Shown one piece after another: positions 28,851-46,242 of a stretch of 64,000 bases of DNA. Under the pieces are notes generated by a model. That model did no database searches and was not told the origin of the DNA. It was given only the letters and a program-made list of their open reading frames with translations. The stretch's first letter is position 1. Every line of letters starts with the position of its first letter. Source of the DNA: Escherichia phage vB_EcoM_LMP25; the sequence record MK482688.1; one strand, given 5' to 3'. A program made the translations under genes and the position numbers.

Positions 28851-30038
28851 TTAAGCTGTTCTCTGCCATACATACAGTACGAAGGATGGCTGCTCAATGT
28901 TGAAAGCTTGTCCACCACCAACACTATTAGTGTTCCCGCTATGCGTATGTTCAGAAGAAGAAACTGTTACAGTACCATTGTGTGTATGTGAACCAATACC
29001 AACTGTGTGGCTGTGAGCACCAATACCAACCGTATGGTTGTGGTTACCAGTTGTGTTAGTGGTAACACTGAAAGAGTGGCTGTGAGCACCAGCGACTTCA
29101 CAGACAGCATCTGCTGAGTACCATGATTGGTCATTCCTTGAAGACCAAACCATTGCAGGTCTTTCCGATAAACCACCACCTGCTTCATAGGTCAATCTGT
29201 GGTTGTGAGCACCATCCGCATTTGTTGACCCACTACCCACATGGTTGTGGTTACCAGTCGTGTTAGTGGTCTTTGTCCCATAGTCAAAAGAGTTGGTAGT
29301 CTTAGTTCCATAATCAAAAGCTGAAATTGACACCGTTGCATTATGGGTGTGACCACCACCACTAAGAGACACAGAGTGTGAGTGTTGTGGCATGTTATTA
29401 ACTGACAAAGTGACAGTTGAAGCACCAAATACAGAGCCTGCTGGTCTTGTATCAGAGTCATAACCAACCAACGCTCTACCTTTTGAAACTAACTCCCAAG
29501 TTCCTCCACAAATTAAATACGTAGAAGGGTTTGCAGAGTTCATGGAAAGATGGATAGTACCTACTGGATAAGAAGCCTGAACAGCCTTGTACAAGTTATT
29601 TACTGCTCTTGCTGTAGCATACTTATCTGCATCTTCATTATAAAGGTTAGATGTTGTCCAGTTCTGAACATTACTCAATCCTACCTGTGCCTTAGTTGTA
29701 TTATGTGGGTTGCTCTTGTCCTGAATATGCTGTTGAACAAGATTATTAACCTCTTCTGAAGACATAATCTGTAGATTTGCTCTTGCCTGAGCTACATTAG
29801 TAACGTCTGATAAGTTATTTGCAGCAACTAACTGAAGAGCATTGATAACGTTATCTAAACCAATTTGTGTTTTAGTAACACCATGAGGGTTATTTCTTAG
29901 GCTTGAGTGTGGAGCAAGTAATTGCTCAAGAGTACATCTCTTATCCTCAATACCCTGCTTAAGATGGAAGATATCACTAAGGTCAATTGGTAAGGCTGCT
30001 TGAGGCAAGGCACTAATTTGAATTTCACCTACCGCCAT
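28851..30038 (-). CDS. Tail fibre protein (short paralogue with HxH-rich tip)
   Basis: 395 aa; C-terminal GNHNHxG / AHSHS / HTHN repeats; same C-terminal ending (-W.RTA) as the 794-aa fibre. Confidence 0.65.
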   Translation of the reverse strand: MAVGEIQISALPQAALPIDLSDIFHLKQGIEDKRCTLEQLLAPHSSLRNNPHGVTKTQIGLDNVINALQLVAANNLSDVTNVAQARANLQIMSSEEVNNLVQQHIQDKSNPHNTTKAQVGLSNVQNWTTSNLYNEDADKYATARAVNNLYKAVQASYPVGTIHLSMNSANPSTYLICGGTWELVSKGRALVGYDSDTRPAGSVFGASTVTLSVNNMPQHSHSVSLSGGGHTHNATVSISAFDYGTKTTNSFDYGTKTTNTTGNHNHVGSGSTNADGAHNHRLTYEAGGGLSERPAMVWSSRNDQSWYSADAVCEVAGAHSHSFSVTTNTTGNHNHTVGIGAHSHTVGIGSHTHNGTVTVSSSEHTHSGNTNSVGGGQAFNIEQPSFVLYVWQRTA

Positions 30039-30040
30039 TA

Positions 30041-38065
<8,025 letters not shown>

Positions 38066-38066
<1 letters not shown>

Positions 38067-38305
38067 TACATTTTTCCTGCTCTTCTAAGTTCGTTGTAAG
38101 CAATTTCCTCTTTATACGACCTCTGAATCTCAAGAAATTGTCTCAATGATAATAAATCAGAGAATGTCATAGCAAAGAGTTGGTCAAGTGTTTCTTTACA
38201 CCCTTCCATACCATAAATAGCAAGCACAAATTTCATCTCGTCTGCTTCTTCATAGGTTGCCTCTACAGCAGCATCAGTCAGTGGTGTCTGTAGAGTGTTA
38301 CCCAT
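38066..38305 (-). CDS. Tail assembly chaperone, downstream ORF in the -1 frame (candidate frameshift extension)
   Basis: 79-aa ORF in the -1 frame relative to 38308..38706, open upstream of its ATG; typical G/GT arrangement before a tape measure gene. Confidence 0.4.
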
Positions 38306-38307
38306 GT

Positions 38308-38706
38308 TTACTGAGAAGTTAGGCTTTTGAAAATGCTTGCTTCGAAAAAACTTCCGAAGTTTGCCTCCAGCGCAAATGCTAAGTAATCAATAAATTCACC
38401 ATAGTTTGCTTGGAAGTATGTATCAATATTAAGTGGGAAGTCATCAACAGTTGCCCCTTGAAATAACAGGGTAGCCATTTCTTCAAGGTTAATTTCTTCA
38501 ATTCTGTCAAAACAAGCTTCAACAAGTTCTTTAAATGGAACCATTGGAGCTTCTTTCTTACCCTTGTCAGTCAGACTTGACAGCATCTGTGCAAAAGTTG
38601 GAACAACAATTTTACCCAACTTCATAGACATCTTAATACCATCTCTTGCCCCAAGCAGAACGATATTTACTTTCTTACCATTAATTACTCTAGATTCTGT
38701 TTTCAT
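38308..38706 (-). CDS. Tail assembly chaperone
   Basis: 132 aa; position between tail tube and tape measure; acidic. Confidence 0.45.
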   Translation of the reverse strand: MKTESRVINGKKVNIVLLGARDGIKMSMKLGKIVVPTFAQMLSSLTDKGKKEAPMVPFKELVEACFDRIEEINLEEMATLLFQGATVDDFPLNIDTYFQANYGEFIDYLAFALEANFGSFFEASIFKSLTSQ

Positions 38707-38779
38707 TGTGATTCCTTAATACTTTTAAAAGAAACAAAAAAGGGGAAGACCTTTTAAAGTCTCCCCCTTATAGGATTTA

Positions 38780-39226
38780 TTAAACACTTGACGCTGGAAT
38801 TGTAGAAGTGTAGTCTAGCTTCTCACAACCAAAAATCCAAGTTTTAGAGTTCTGGTCACGACCAAGTTCAATCTGTGGTAATTCCTGCAACCAAGCATTA
38901 ATACCAGTTGCCAGAACAGAGCCTGATGGGTCGTAGATTACGAAGTTAGAAGAGATATCTTCTTCAAGTTCCATATTGTCTTGTTTAGCTTGAATTGCAG
39001 AAAGCATCTGGTTAGAGAGAGAAGTCTGCATTAACTCAATCTCAATAGTACCTGTCTTGTCTGCATTTCTTGTCAGAGCAACCTGACCACCTGCACCAAC
39101 AACTGGTGTCACAAGTGGTGATGTTCTCTGTAGACGCAAGAATGAGTCTGGAGCAAAGCCTTCAATAGCAATGCCGTTCCAGCTACATACAACGTCTTTA
39201 GGGGAATATTGCTGATACATAGCCAT
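38780..39226 (-). CDS. Tail tube protein
   Basis: 148 aa; directly downstream of the sheath gene. Confidence 0.5.
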   Translation of the reverse strand: MAMYQQYSPKDVVCSWNGIAIEGFAPDSFLRLQRTSPLVTPVVGAGGQVALTRNADKTGTIEIELMQTSLSNQMLSAIQAKQDNMELEEDISSNFVIYDPSGSVLATGINAWLQELPQIELGRDQNSKTWIFGCEKLDYTSTIPASSV

Positions 39227-39241
39227 TCCAATTTACCTCTA

Positions 39242-40594
39242 TTATTCGTAAGCCACTGTACCTTTCAAGTCAACATCCAAGATAGCCCCTGCTAAGATAC
39301 CTGCGAAGGTAACGTCTTTCAGGATACGTGCTTTCTTGTCTGCCAAAGCAACTTGAGAGGCTTTAGGAACATTAACTGTGTAAGATGACAGGAAGTTTCT
39401 GTTGACTGCTCTTTGCAGAGAGGTTTCAATGACTTGACGAATACGGGTAATACCAGTATCATCATAAGTAATCTTACCACCCTTCTGGTTAATTAGCAAG
39501 TCTCTCAGAGAAGTTTTCAGGTCTGATTCTAACCAGTCAACACCACGGACGATATCAATCCATTCCCCACCAGAAGTAATCCCTCTACGAACCACTGGAA
39601 CACCACCATCAAGGTCAATAAAGTTACAGTGACGTACATCTAAAGCAGACTTCTGAATACTTGTCAGAGGTCTCTGATTAGATGGTTGTAGAGAAGCTGC
39701 TACGCCAGTTAGCTGAGCATTACCCCAAGCAATTGAGCCTGCATCATATGGAGCACCATAAGCAATGTATGCCATCTCTGGATAATCTTCTGCTGCTGCG
39801 TGATGCCACAAGCAAACTGTACGAGTGTACATATTCTTAGCAAGCTGTGCTGGAACATCATTTGCACTGGCTAATTCTGTACCTTGTAGGGCTGTTACAT
39901 CGGAGTTAGCCGTAAAGAAGATTTTCTTACGAGCCTGAATCTCAGAAGCCATTGCTAAGACAAACTGTTGCGTTCTGTCTTCTGCTGCAATGAAATACCA
40001 GTCAGTAGAGTAAGCTTCGATAGCTGCCAGAGCAGTTGCTGCTGTATCGGCAGTTGTACTTGCAATATATACAGTCTGTGCTGTGGTTGTTACTTTCACA
40101 AAGTCATTATCACCAGCTTTGGTAATAATCATTGTGGCAGAGCCATTGCTACCAGTTACGTTCACAGAAACCTTATCTTTGATTGTTGGGTCAGCTTCAA
40201 TCTGTGTTTTAAACTGTTGCAACACGTTTTCAGCAGTGTCTTCAGCTTGCGCTGTATACTGATATGGTTGAGAAATTCCACCGCCAGCAGCTACAGTAAT
40301 AGAGTAGTCTGTACTTTCAGCAACGGCATTAGGAATTGATACAGTGTACTGCATAGCACGTCTACCAATATAAAGCTGAGTTACTTTAGGAGTCTGACTC
40401 CAAAGTTGTTTAGCAGCCTTATATGCAGCAGTATTCTCATCGAAATCTTCAGCAACTTCAGTTAAGGAAGTGTAACCACGGACTCTTTCTTCAAAATTAT
40501 CTGTTGAAGCTAAGAATAGTGGCAAACCAAAACCTTCTCTTGTAGTTCCTGCGGTGTTCAATGTAATATCTACATTAACAATTGGATTCCACAT
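39242..40594 (-). CDS. Tail sheath protein
   Basis: 450 aa; size and position upstream of tube and chaperones in a myovirus tail module. Confidence 0.55.
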   Translation of the reverse strand: MWNPIVNVDITLNTAGTTREGFGLPLFLASTDNFEERVRGYTSLTEVAEDFDENTAAYKAAKQLWSQTPKVTQLYIGRRAMQYTVSIPNAVAESTDYSITVAAGGGISQPYQYTAQAEDTAENVLQQFKTQIEADPTIKDKVSVNVTGSNGSATMIITKAGDNDFVKVTTTAQTVYIASTTADTAATALAAIEAYSTDWYFIAAEDRTQQFVLAMASEIQARKKIFFTANSDVTALQGTELASANDVPAQLAKNMYTRTVCLWHHAAAEDYPEMAYIAYGAPYDAGSIAWGNAQLTGVAASLQPSNQRPLTSIQKSALDVRHCNFIDLDGGVPVVRRGITSGGEWIDIVRGVDWLESDLKTSLRDLLINQKGGKITYDDTGITRIRQVIETSLQRAVNRNFLSSYTVNVPKASQVALADKKARILKDVTFAGILAGAILDVDLKGTVAYE

Positions 40595-41194
40595 TTATTT
40601 TACCCCTTTGGAGTCTACATCTAGATGGATAGTATATTCTGGTGGCTCTTGTCCTTCTTCATAAACCAACTCACCATCAACAATGACACGCTCAATAATA
40701 CTTCCACGTTCATCCTTCAGGACTGAGTTTTTTACAAGAGTTACAACAAGAGGTGCAGAATTTTCGAAATCTGTATTGAGATAAGTATAGTCATTCGGGA
40801 TAGCTCCAGTGTCCAGTACTGTAGCTCCTGTTTCTTCAAGGATTAAATCTCTGACTGAACTCATCTCTAATCGTTGTTTAAGCTCAAGCATAATACTGTG
40901 AGCACCTTTACCATTCACCGTAATTAATACAGGAATCTGAAAAGCAATTCTGTAGCAAACTACATCATCCTCAACAAACTTATCAAGAACCCAACCATAA
41001 GGTGTTGCAGCATCTTGACAATATACGGTAATAAATGGCTGGTCAGGTTTTAAACCTTTGTCATTTGAGTTATCAGAAGGGTAAGCTCTAATTACATTTG
41101 GTCTATTATTCTTATCACGAGCTAGTCTGTGACCAATAACATCCACTAAGGTTCTAACTAGACCTTTTTCAAGTTCTGCTGTTTCTAACTGCAT
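40595..41194 (-). CDS. Hypothetical structural protein (tail terminator/completion region)
   Basis: 199 aa; synteny. Confidence 0.35.
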   Translation of the reverse strand: MQLETAELEKGLVRTLVDVIGHRLARDKNNRPNVIRAYPSDNSNDKGLKPDQPFITVYCQDAATPYGWVLDKFVEDDVVCYRIAFQIPVLITVNGKGAHSIMLELKQRLEMSSVRDLILEETGATVLDTGAIPNDYTYLNTDFENSAPLVVTLVKNSVLKDERGSIIERVIVDGELVYEEGQEPPEYTIHLDVDSKGVK

Positions 41195-41570
41195 TCATTT
41201 TATCCCTTCTAATAATGATATATTCATAATGGGATGTATGGGCTAATTGCTGTGACCAATCCATAGTCATAAATACTTCATACTCATGACCATCAATCAT
41301 AACAATATCAGACTCATTCCACTCTACATCATCTGAAGTTCTAAGCTTATATGTGGTATACAGGATTCTTGTATCGGTAAGCCTAATACCTTCCGGTAAA
41401 GCAATCTGTGTACCATTCTTTACAGAACCTTTGATATATGGCTGGATATTACCTTTGCAGTTAACCTCTACAATATCTTGTGAAGCTACCCAATCACCAT
41501 CATCATTATAATAACCGTCTTCAGAGACTTTACGCTTTACTACAAAGCTGTGTCTGTTTAAGAGTCTCAT
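41169..41570 (-). CDS. Hypothetical structural protein
   Basis: 133 aa; synteny. Confidence 0.35.
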   Translation of the reverse strand: MRLLNRHSFVVKRKVSEDGYYNDDGDWVASQDIVEVNCKGNIQPYIKGSVKNGTQIALPEGIRLTDTRILYTTYKLRTSDDVEWNESDIVMIDGHEYEVFMTMDWSQQLAHTSHYEYIIIRRDKMNAVRNSRT

Positions 41571-42049
41571 TTTTTAATACCCTTCTTAGTAGAAATTTTA
41601 TAAGCAAGGTTATCTCTTAAGTCACCTGTCTCAACAAGAGGTGCGTTAAAGCCTTTTTTCTTGACTGTGGAAGGTGCGTTAGGAGGGAGGATAGCAGAAT
41701 TACCAAAACCCCTTTTAATTGCCTTTTGAGTATTCTTTGCAAATGCTTCTAAGGTATTTGAAGGGTCTGTGTTGAGACTGCTAAGTTGCTTATATAGATT
41801 CTTCTTAGTCTGCTCTAACAAGGTCTGTTTGTTTAGCATCATAGTGATTTCAAACAACCTACGATATACTTTACCAGAAGCTGAAGGAACCCCAATAACT
41901 TCTTGTAAATACATTAAAGCAGGATAAGAAAAACCAGAGCTATGTTGACCTTGTTCTTGAAAATACCCAACTTGAGCATTAGCCGTTTGCAAGTTCTTCA
42001 TAGCCCCGACTAATTTTGCTCTAGCGGGGTGAATAACCCTTTTAACCAT
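41567..42049 (-). CDS. Hypothetical head-tail connector region protein
   Basis: 160 aa; synteny. Confidence 0.35.
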   Translation of the reverse strand: MVKRVIHPARAKLVGAMKNLQTANAQVGYFQEQGQHSSGFSYPALMYLQEVIGVPSASGKVYRRLFEITMMLNKQTLLEQTKKNLYKQLSSLNTDPSNTLEAFAKNTQKAIKRGFGNSAILPPNAPSTVKKKGFNAPLVETGDLRDNLAYKISTKKGIKK

Positions 42050-42498
42050 TATTCATCTCGCTCGATAATAAATACGCCATTAACACGGTTGCAGTAATCT
42101 CTGCCTTCGTATCTGGCAGCATCACCATATTCTGTGTATTTCTTGACAGAGCAAGGATTATGACGACGCATGTCAATATCACACTGATTAATACCACCTG
42201 CATAGGGTAGTCCTGAAACAGAGCTTTTAACAAGGTCGTCATAAACAGCTTTCAGAGATTTGAATCTGGAAGAGTTACGTAAGTAAACACCACCAACTTT
42301 CTCATCTCCCATCTTGGCTACTTGAAAGAGTAAATATTTAAGAGCTTTGATGGCTGCTTTCTTTTCATCCTTTCCAGATTCTAGGTAGAACCACTCTAGC
42401 ACAGACTGTTCAATAAGAATTTCGTCATTATTGGTGTCTGTGCAGAGGATTCTTACTCTATCAAGAGGGTTATTGGCTGGGTCGCCTGTATAACACAT
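42049..42498 (-). CDS. Hypothetical head-tail connector region protein
   Basis: 149 aa; synteny. Confidence 0.35.
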   Translation of the reverse strand: MCYTGDPANNPLDRVRILCTDTNNDEILIEQSVLEWFYLESGKDEKKAAIKALKYLLFQVAKMGDEKVGGVYLRNSSRFKSLKAVYDDLVKSSVSGLPYAGGINQCDIDMRRHNPCSVKKYTEYGDAARYEGRDYCNRVNGVFIIERDE

Positions 42499-42519
42499 TC
42501 ATAACCCTCCTTAAGAATA

Positions 42520-43629
42520 TTAGTCTTTAGCGTCAGAACGAACATCTACCAGCAACTGAGGACGAGTACAGTATGGCAGCATGTAAGAGTGAGCTTCAAA
42601 GTCGATACCTTCGTCACGGTCTTTTTCGTATTCGAATACGTATAGTTCCTGACCAAGTGTATTCGCATAACCCATCTTAGGACATGGGCCATATGCCACT
42701 TCGAAGATGTTGTTTGCTTCACCCAGCATAGAAACGTTAGGGAAAGCATGTCCTACACCTACAGTTCCATCCTGAGTAACACCATCAATGCTAACCAGAG
42801 TGTGAACTTTACCACGCTTGTCTTTGAACTTACCGTTGTACTGGACAAACTTAACACCACCGTAGTAGAAGGTGTTCATATGAGCCTGAACGCCGTCAGT
42901 ACCACCAGTTCTCAGAGAACCAGTAATCTGTTGCCAAGCCAGTGGAGTCTGCTGTGCAAGATAAGCGTCACGAATCTTAGGATGCTTGGTCAGTTTGCTG
43001 AAGAATACACGGTCAACAACTACGTGAATTTCTTCACCGTTGATTACAGTGCCAGTCTTAGCTTCGTCTTCCATGTGCATACGCAGTTCTTCAATAGAAG
43101 CGTCAATGTCAGCATTAGGGTTGTCAAGGTCGAAGTAAACAGTCTTCTTCTCAACGTCGAACTGCTTGTACAGGTCAGCATACAGAGTACCACGAGCATC
43201 AACAACTTTACCCTTCAGAGCTTGCATAAACAAGAACTCACGAGTAATATCGAACTTGGTACGAATCTTCATCAGCTTCTTAGCACGTACTACAGCTTCA
43301 GTAGTCAGTTCGTTTGCAGTGCCTGGCTGACGTACACCCTGAATCTCATCAGGAGTAATGCTTTCAACTTCTTTGAAGTACATCATTGGGAAGCTGATTT
43401 GACGAACACGCTCAGGTGCGCTAGTCTCTGCTTTACGGCTATCACGGTCTACCGCATCAAGCAAACTAACATCCCAATCAGTCAAGTCCATAAGGAAAGT
43501 AGTTTGGGTAATTGGTGCTGAACGGAACAGACCTAAGTTGGAAATATACCCATAAGTATTTGGGATAGACTGGACTTCACCAGTCAGGTCAGCAAGGAAA
43601 AATCTGCTTTTTTCAGAATTAGTCAACAT
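42520..43629 (-). CDS. Major capsid protein
   Basis: 369 aa; directly downstream of the protease/scaffold and decoration-like genes. Confidence 0.6.
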   Translation of the reverse strand: MLTNSEKSRFFLADLTGEVQSIPNTYGYISNLGLFRSAPITQTTFLMDLTDWDVSLLDAVDRDSRKAETSAPERVRQISFPMMYFKEVESITPDEIQGVRQPGTANELTTEAVVRAKKLMKIRTKFDITREFLFMQALKGKVVDARGTLYADLYKQFDVEKKTVYFDLDNPNADIDASIEELRMHMEDEAKTGTVINGEEIHVVVDRVFFSKLTKHPKIRDAYLAQQTPLAWQQITGSLRTGGTDGVQAHMNTFYYGGVKFVQYNGKFKDKRGKVHTLVSIDGVTQDGTVGVGHAFPNVSMLGEANNIFEVAYGPCPKMGYANTLGQELYVFEYEKDRDEGIDFEAHSYMLPYCTRPQLLVDVRSDAKD

Positions 43630-43662
43630 TGTAAAATTCTCCAGAATGTCTTATTATTGTTA

Positions 43663-44040
43663 TTACAGGCCAGTTGGTACGAAATCAATACCTTTAGCAG
43701 CCAGAGCTGCCTTAACACTCTCAGCATTAACACTTGCTTCAAGAGTAAGCATGTCTTTCAGTTCTGCATCACGGTAGATGCCTACCACTTTCAACTGACC
43801 ATGATAAGACAGTTGTGAGTCTGCGTAGAAGTTAACGATACACACAGAGTCAGCCTGAGCTTCTTCCCCTGCTGCAACTTTAGTACCGTCTGCTTTCAGA
43901 ACTTCACCTACACGGTATTCTGTTGAAGCAACTGGAGTGTACTCTTTACGAGAGTGACCTGTTGGGGTAATCTGTTCCCAAAGAATGATATCATTCAGAG
44001 GTTCTCTGTTACCTAACTTAGTAAAACCTTGATATGCCAT
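43663..44040 (-). CDS. Hypothetical head protein (decoration-like by position)
   Basis: 125 aa between protease and major capsid genes. Confidence 0.35.
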   Translation of the reverse strand: MAYQGFTKLGNREPLNDIILWEQITPTGHSRKEYTPVASTEYRVGEVLKADGTKVAAGEEAQADSVCIVNFYADSQLSYHGQLKVVGIYRDAELKDMLTLEASVNAESVKAALAAKGIDFVPTGL

Positions 44041-44051
44041 TATTGTGTTCC

Positions 44052-45398
44052 TTATTTGATAAGAGATTTGAGAGCATTCTGGAGAGCCAGTTTGCGTTGT
44101 TCAGCGGTGTCTTCGGAAGCATTCTTAGCTGGTTCTTTTTCTTCTTCAACCAAATCAGCTTCGCCGTCATTACCCATTTCTTCCATAGCATTAGAATGTT
44201 CAAGGACAGCACCAGCAGTTTCTTTCAGCTTGGTAATTTCTGATTCTTTTTCTTCCATTGCAGAAGCATGGGACGCGATAGTTTCATTAAGTTTCTGGTT
44301 AGCACCTTCCATAGCATTCATAAACAGAACACTCAGAGGGTTATCAAGACCAGCACCTAAAATAGTCGTTGCAGCTTCTTTTGCATCAAATCCAAAAGCT
44401 TCAGCAGAAGCAGAAATCTTATTAGTCAAATCTGACAAAGCAGCTTCCTGTTCTTTAGCTTTCATTTGAGCAACCTGAAGACGCAAAGCTTCTAGTTCTT
44501 GCTTTTCTTGTTCAGTCATTTCTTCACCTGAATTGTTAACGTTTAAACTTACAGGAGCCTCTTCAGAACCTTGTAAGTAATTTAAGAAATCATCTTGAGA
44601 CATGATTGAGTTAATTAAACCAAGTTCAAGAGCTTCCTGAGCAGAATAAACATTCGCCTCAGTATTCTTTACAGCTTCTTCAGAGAGATTACGAGATTCG
44701 GCTACAAAACCTGTAAAGGTTGCGTAGGTATCATTAATTCTCTTTTGAAGTCTTTCTTTGCTTTCTTCTGAGAGTGCTTGGAATGGTGAACCCATCCCTT
44801 TAAATTCACCAGCTTTAATGACGTTAATTGTTACGCCATTCTTTTCAAATGCCTTAGTTAATTCCTGATGAACCATGATTACACCGATAGAACCAACATC
44901 TGCATCTGGTGATGCAATAATTTCTTCAGCAGAAGATGCAAGAGCATATGCAGCGGAACAAGCGAACTCATCTACATAAGCAATAATTTTCTTTTGGCCT
45001 CTTGAAGCCATGATGTGACGTGCTAATTCAAAGCAACCTGAAGCTTCACCACCACCAGAATCAATATGCAGAACGATAGTCTTAATTGACTCATCTGCTA
45101 AAGCTTCGTCAAAGCCTCTACGCAAACCTTCATAAGAGCTTAATCCACCTGTACACATTGCATCAATGAATGTCATACGATGGGTTAAACCACCCATAAT
45201 AGGGATAATAGCAATGTCATCTTTCACTTTTAAAAGACTTCTTGCTTCACCTTTGGGTTTATCAAAGTTTACTGCTGCTTGGACATCACCCAGCAATCTG
45301 TTATTCACATAAGTTGCTGCTGAGTGAGCTAATGATTCAGTGGCTAGTAAAGGTTGGTTGAATAATCTATCAGCAAGTCTGAAGATATTCGAACTCAT
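44052..45398 (-). CDS. Prohead protease (S49/SppA-like) with C-terminal scaffold-like coiled coil
   Basis: 448 aa; HIDSGGGEASG and FACSAAYALA motifs of the S49 serine peptidase family, then a long E/K/A-rich helical tail. Confidence 0.65.
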   Translation of the reverse strand: MSSNIFRLADRLFNQPLLATESLAHSAATYVNNRLLGDVQAAVNFDKPKGEARSLLKVKDDIAIIPIMGGLTHRMTFIDAMCTGGLSSYEGLRRGFDEALADESIKTIVLHIDSGGGEASGCFELARHIMASRGQKKIIAYVDEFACSAAYALASSAEEIIASPDADVGSIGVIMVHQELTKAFEKNGVTINVIKAGEFKGMGSPFQALSEESKERLQKRINDTYATFTGFVAESRNLSEEAVKNTEANVYSAQEALELGLINSIMSQDDFLNYLQGSEEAPVSLNVNNSGEEMTEQEKQELEALRLQVAQMKAKEQEAALSDLTNKISASAEAFGFDAKEAATTILGAGLDNPLSVLFMNAMEGANQKLNETIASHASAMEEKESEITKLKETAGAVLEHSNAMEEMGNDGEADLVEEEKEPAKNASEDTAEQRKLALQNALKSLIK

Positions 45399-45409
45399 TT
45401 TTACTCACC

Positions 45410-45742
45410 CTATTTGTTTAAATCTACAGAGACTGAAGAGATAACATAGATACCTTCTTCAGCGAAGAATTGAGGTTTGCTAAGAGCACCAGTTGCCACG
45501 CATTTATCGTTAGCATCCCACAAGCTATAGTGTGAGACCGTTGCAGAAGCTGGAACAGTAATATTAACTGTATCTTCTGAGGCAATTAAGCCATTATCCG
45601 GTTCAGAAAAATAAATAGCCACTGGCTGAGTAACCTTATTTGCTGTAGGGTCTGCCGTTGGGTCTACATTGTGTAAAATAATAGTCGTTGGGGTTAGCGT
45701 GGCGAGGATTTTATTCTTACCATCAATAGTTAATGTTCCCAT
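45410..45742 (-). CDS. Hypothetical protein
   Basis: 110 aa. Confidence 0.35.
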   Translation of the reverse strand: MGTLTIDGKNKILATLTPTTIILHNVDPTADPTANKVTQPVAIYFSEPDNGLIASEDTVNITVPASATVSHYSLWDANDKCVATGALSKPQFFAEEGIYVISSVSVDLNK

Positions 45743-46242
45743 TAATTAAACCTTACTTTTTGTTTAAGGACTGTTGAATGGTTACCAGATTCATCTACCA
45801 CATTTACAATCATATCATATACTTTACCTTTGACAAGTACTTTGTAATCATTTTGTGAAAAAATGTATTCAAGTCTGTTTGTTTCTTTATTAACTGTCAT
45901 TGGAGATTGAAATGCAGTGTCGAGGGTAATGAAAGCGGCTTCAATGCTATTAACATTGATACGTTTATTCTCGCAGTTATATAACTTTACACCCAAAAGG
46001 CATGAACTGTCAAATGGAATTTTAACAATTTCACTACAATTTCCTGAAATAAACGGTTTTCCACTCATTGGAGCATCAAGTAACCTACAAATAGTGAAAA
46101 CGTCAGAGGTTCCACCATCACTTACATAACCTGAAAGGCTGACCCTTGAGCCAGCCCCTACAGATAATTTGTCAGTGATAATAAGAACACCTCTATACGA
46201 ATGCACTCGTGTAGCATTTGAAATAGAGATAACTTCAGCCAT
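45742..46242 (-). CDS. Hypothetical protein
   Basis: 166 aa. Confidence 0.35.
   Translation of the reverse strand: MAEVISISNATRVHSYRGVLIITDKLSVGAGSRVSLSGYVSDGGTSDVFTICRLLDAPMSGKPFISGNCSEIVKIPFDSSCLLGVKLYNCENKRINVNSIEAAFITLDTAFQSPMTVNKETNRLEYIFSQNDYKVLVKGKVYDMIVNVVDESGNHSTVLKQKVRFN

Noticed and set aside
42748-43521. 257-aa plus-strand ORF inside the major capsid gene region
   Set aside because: Antisense to a well-supported structural gene, low-complexity Ser/Leu/Val-rich translation, no RBS; treated as a chance open frame in AT-rich DNA.
44029-44469. 146-aa plus-strand ORF, Ser/Ala-rich
   Set aside because: Entirely antisense to the decoration-like and prohead protease genes; low-complexity composition.
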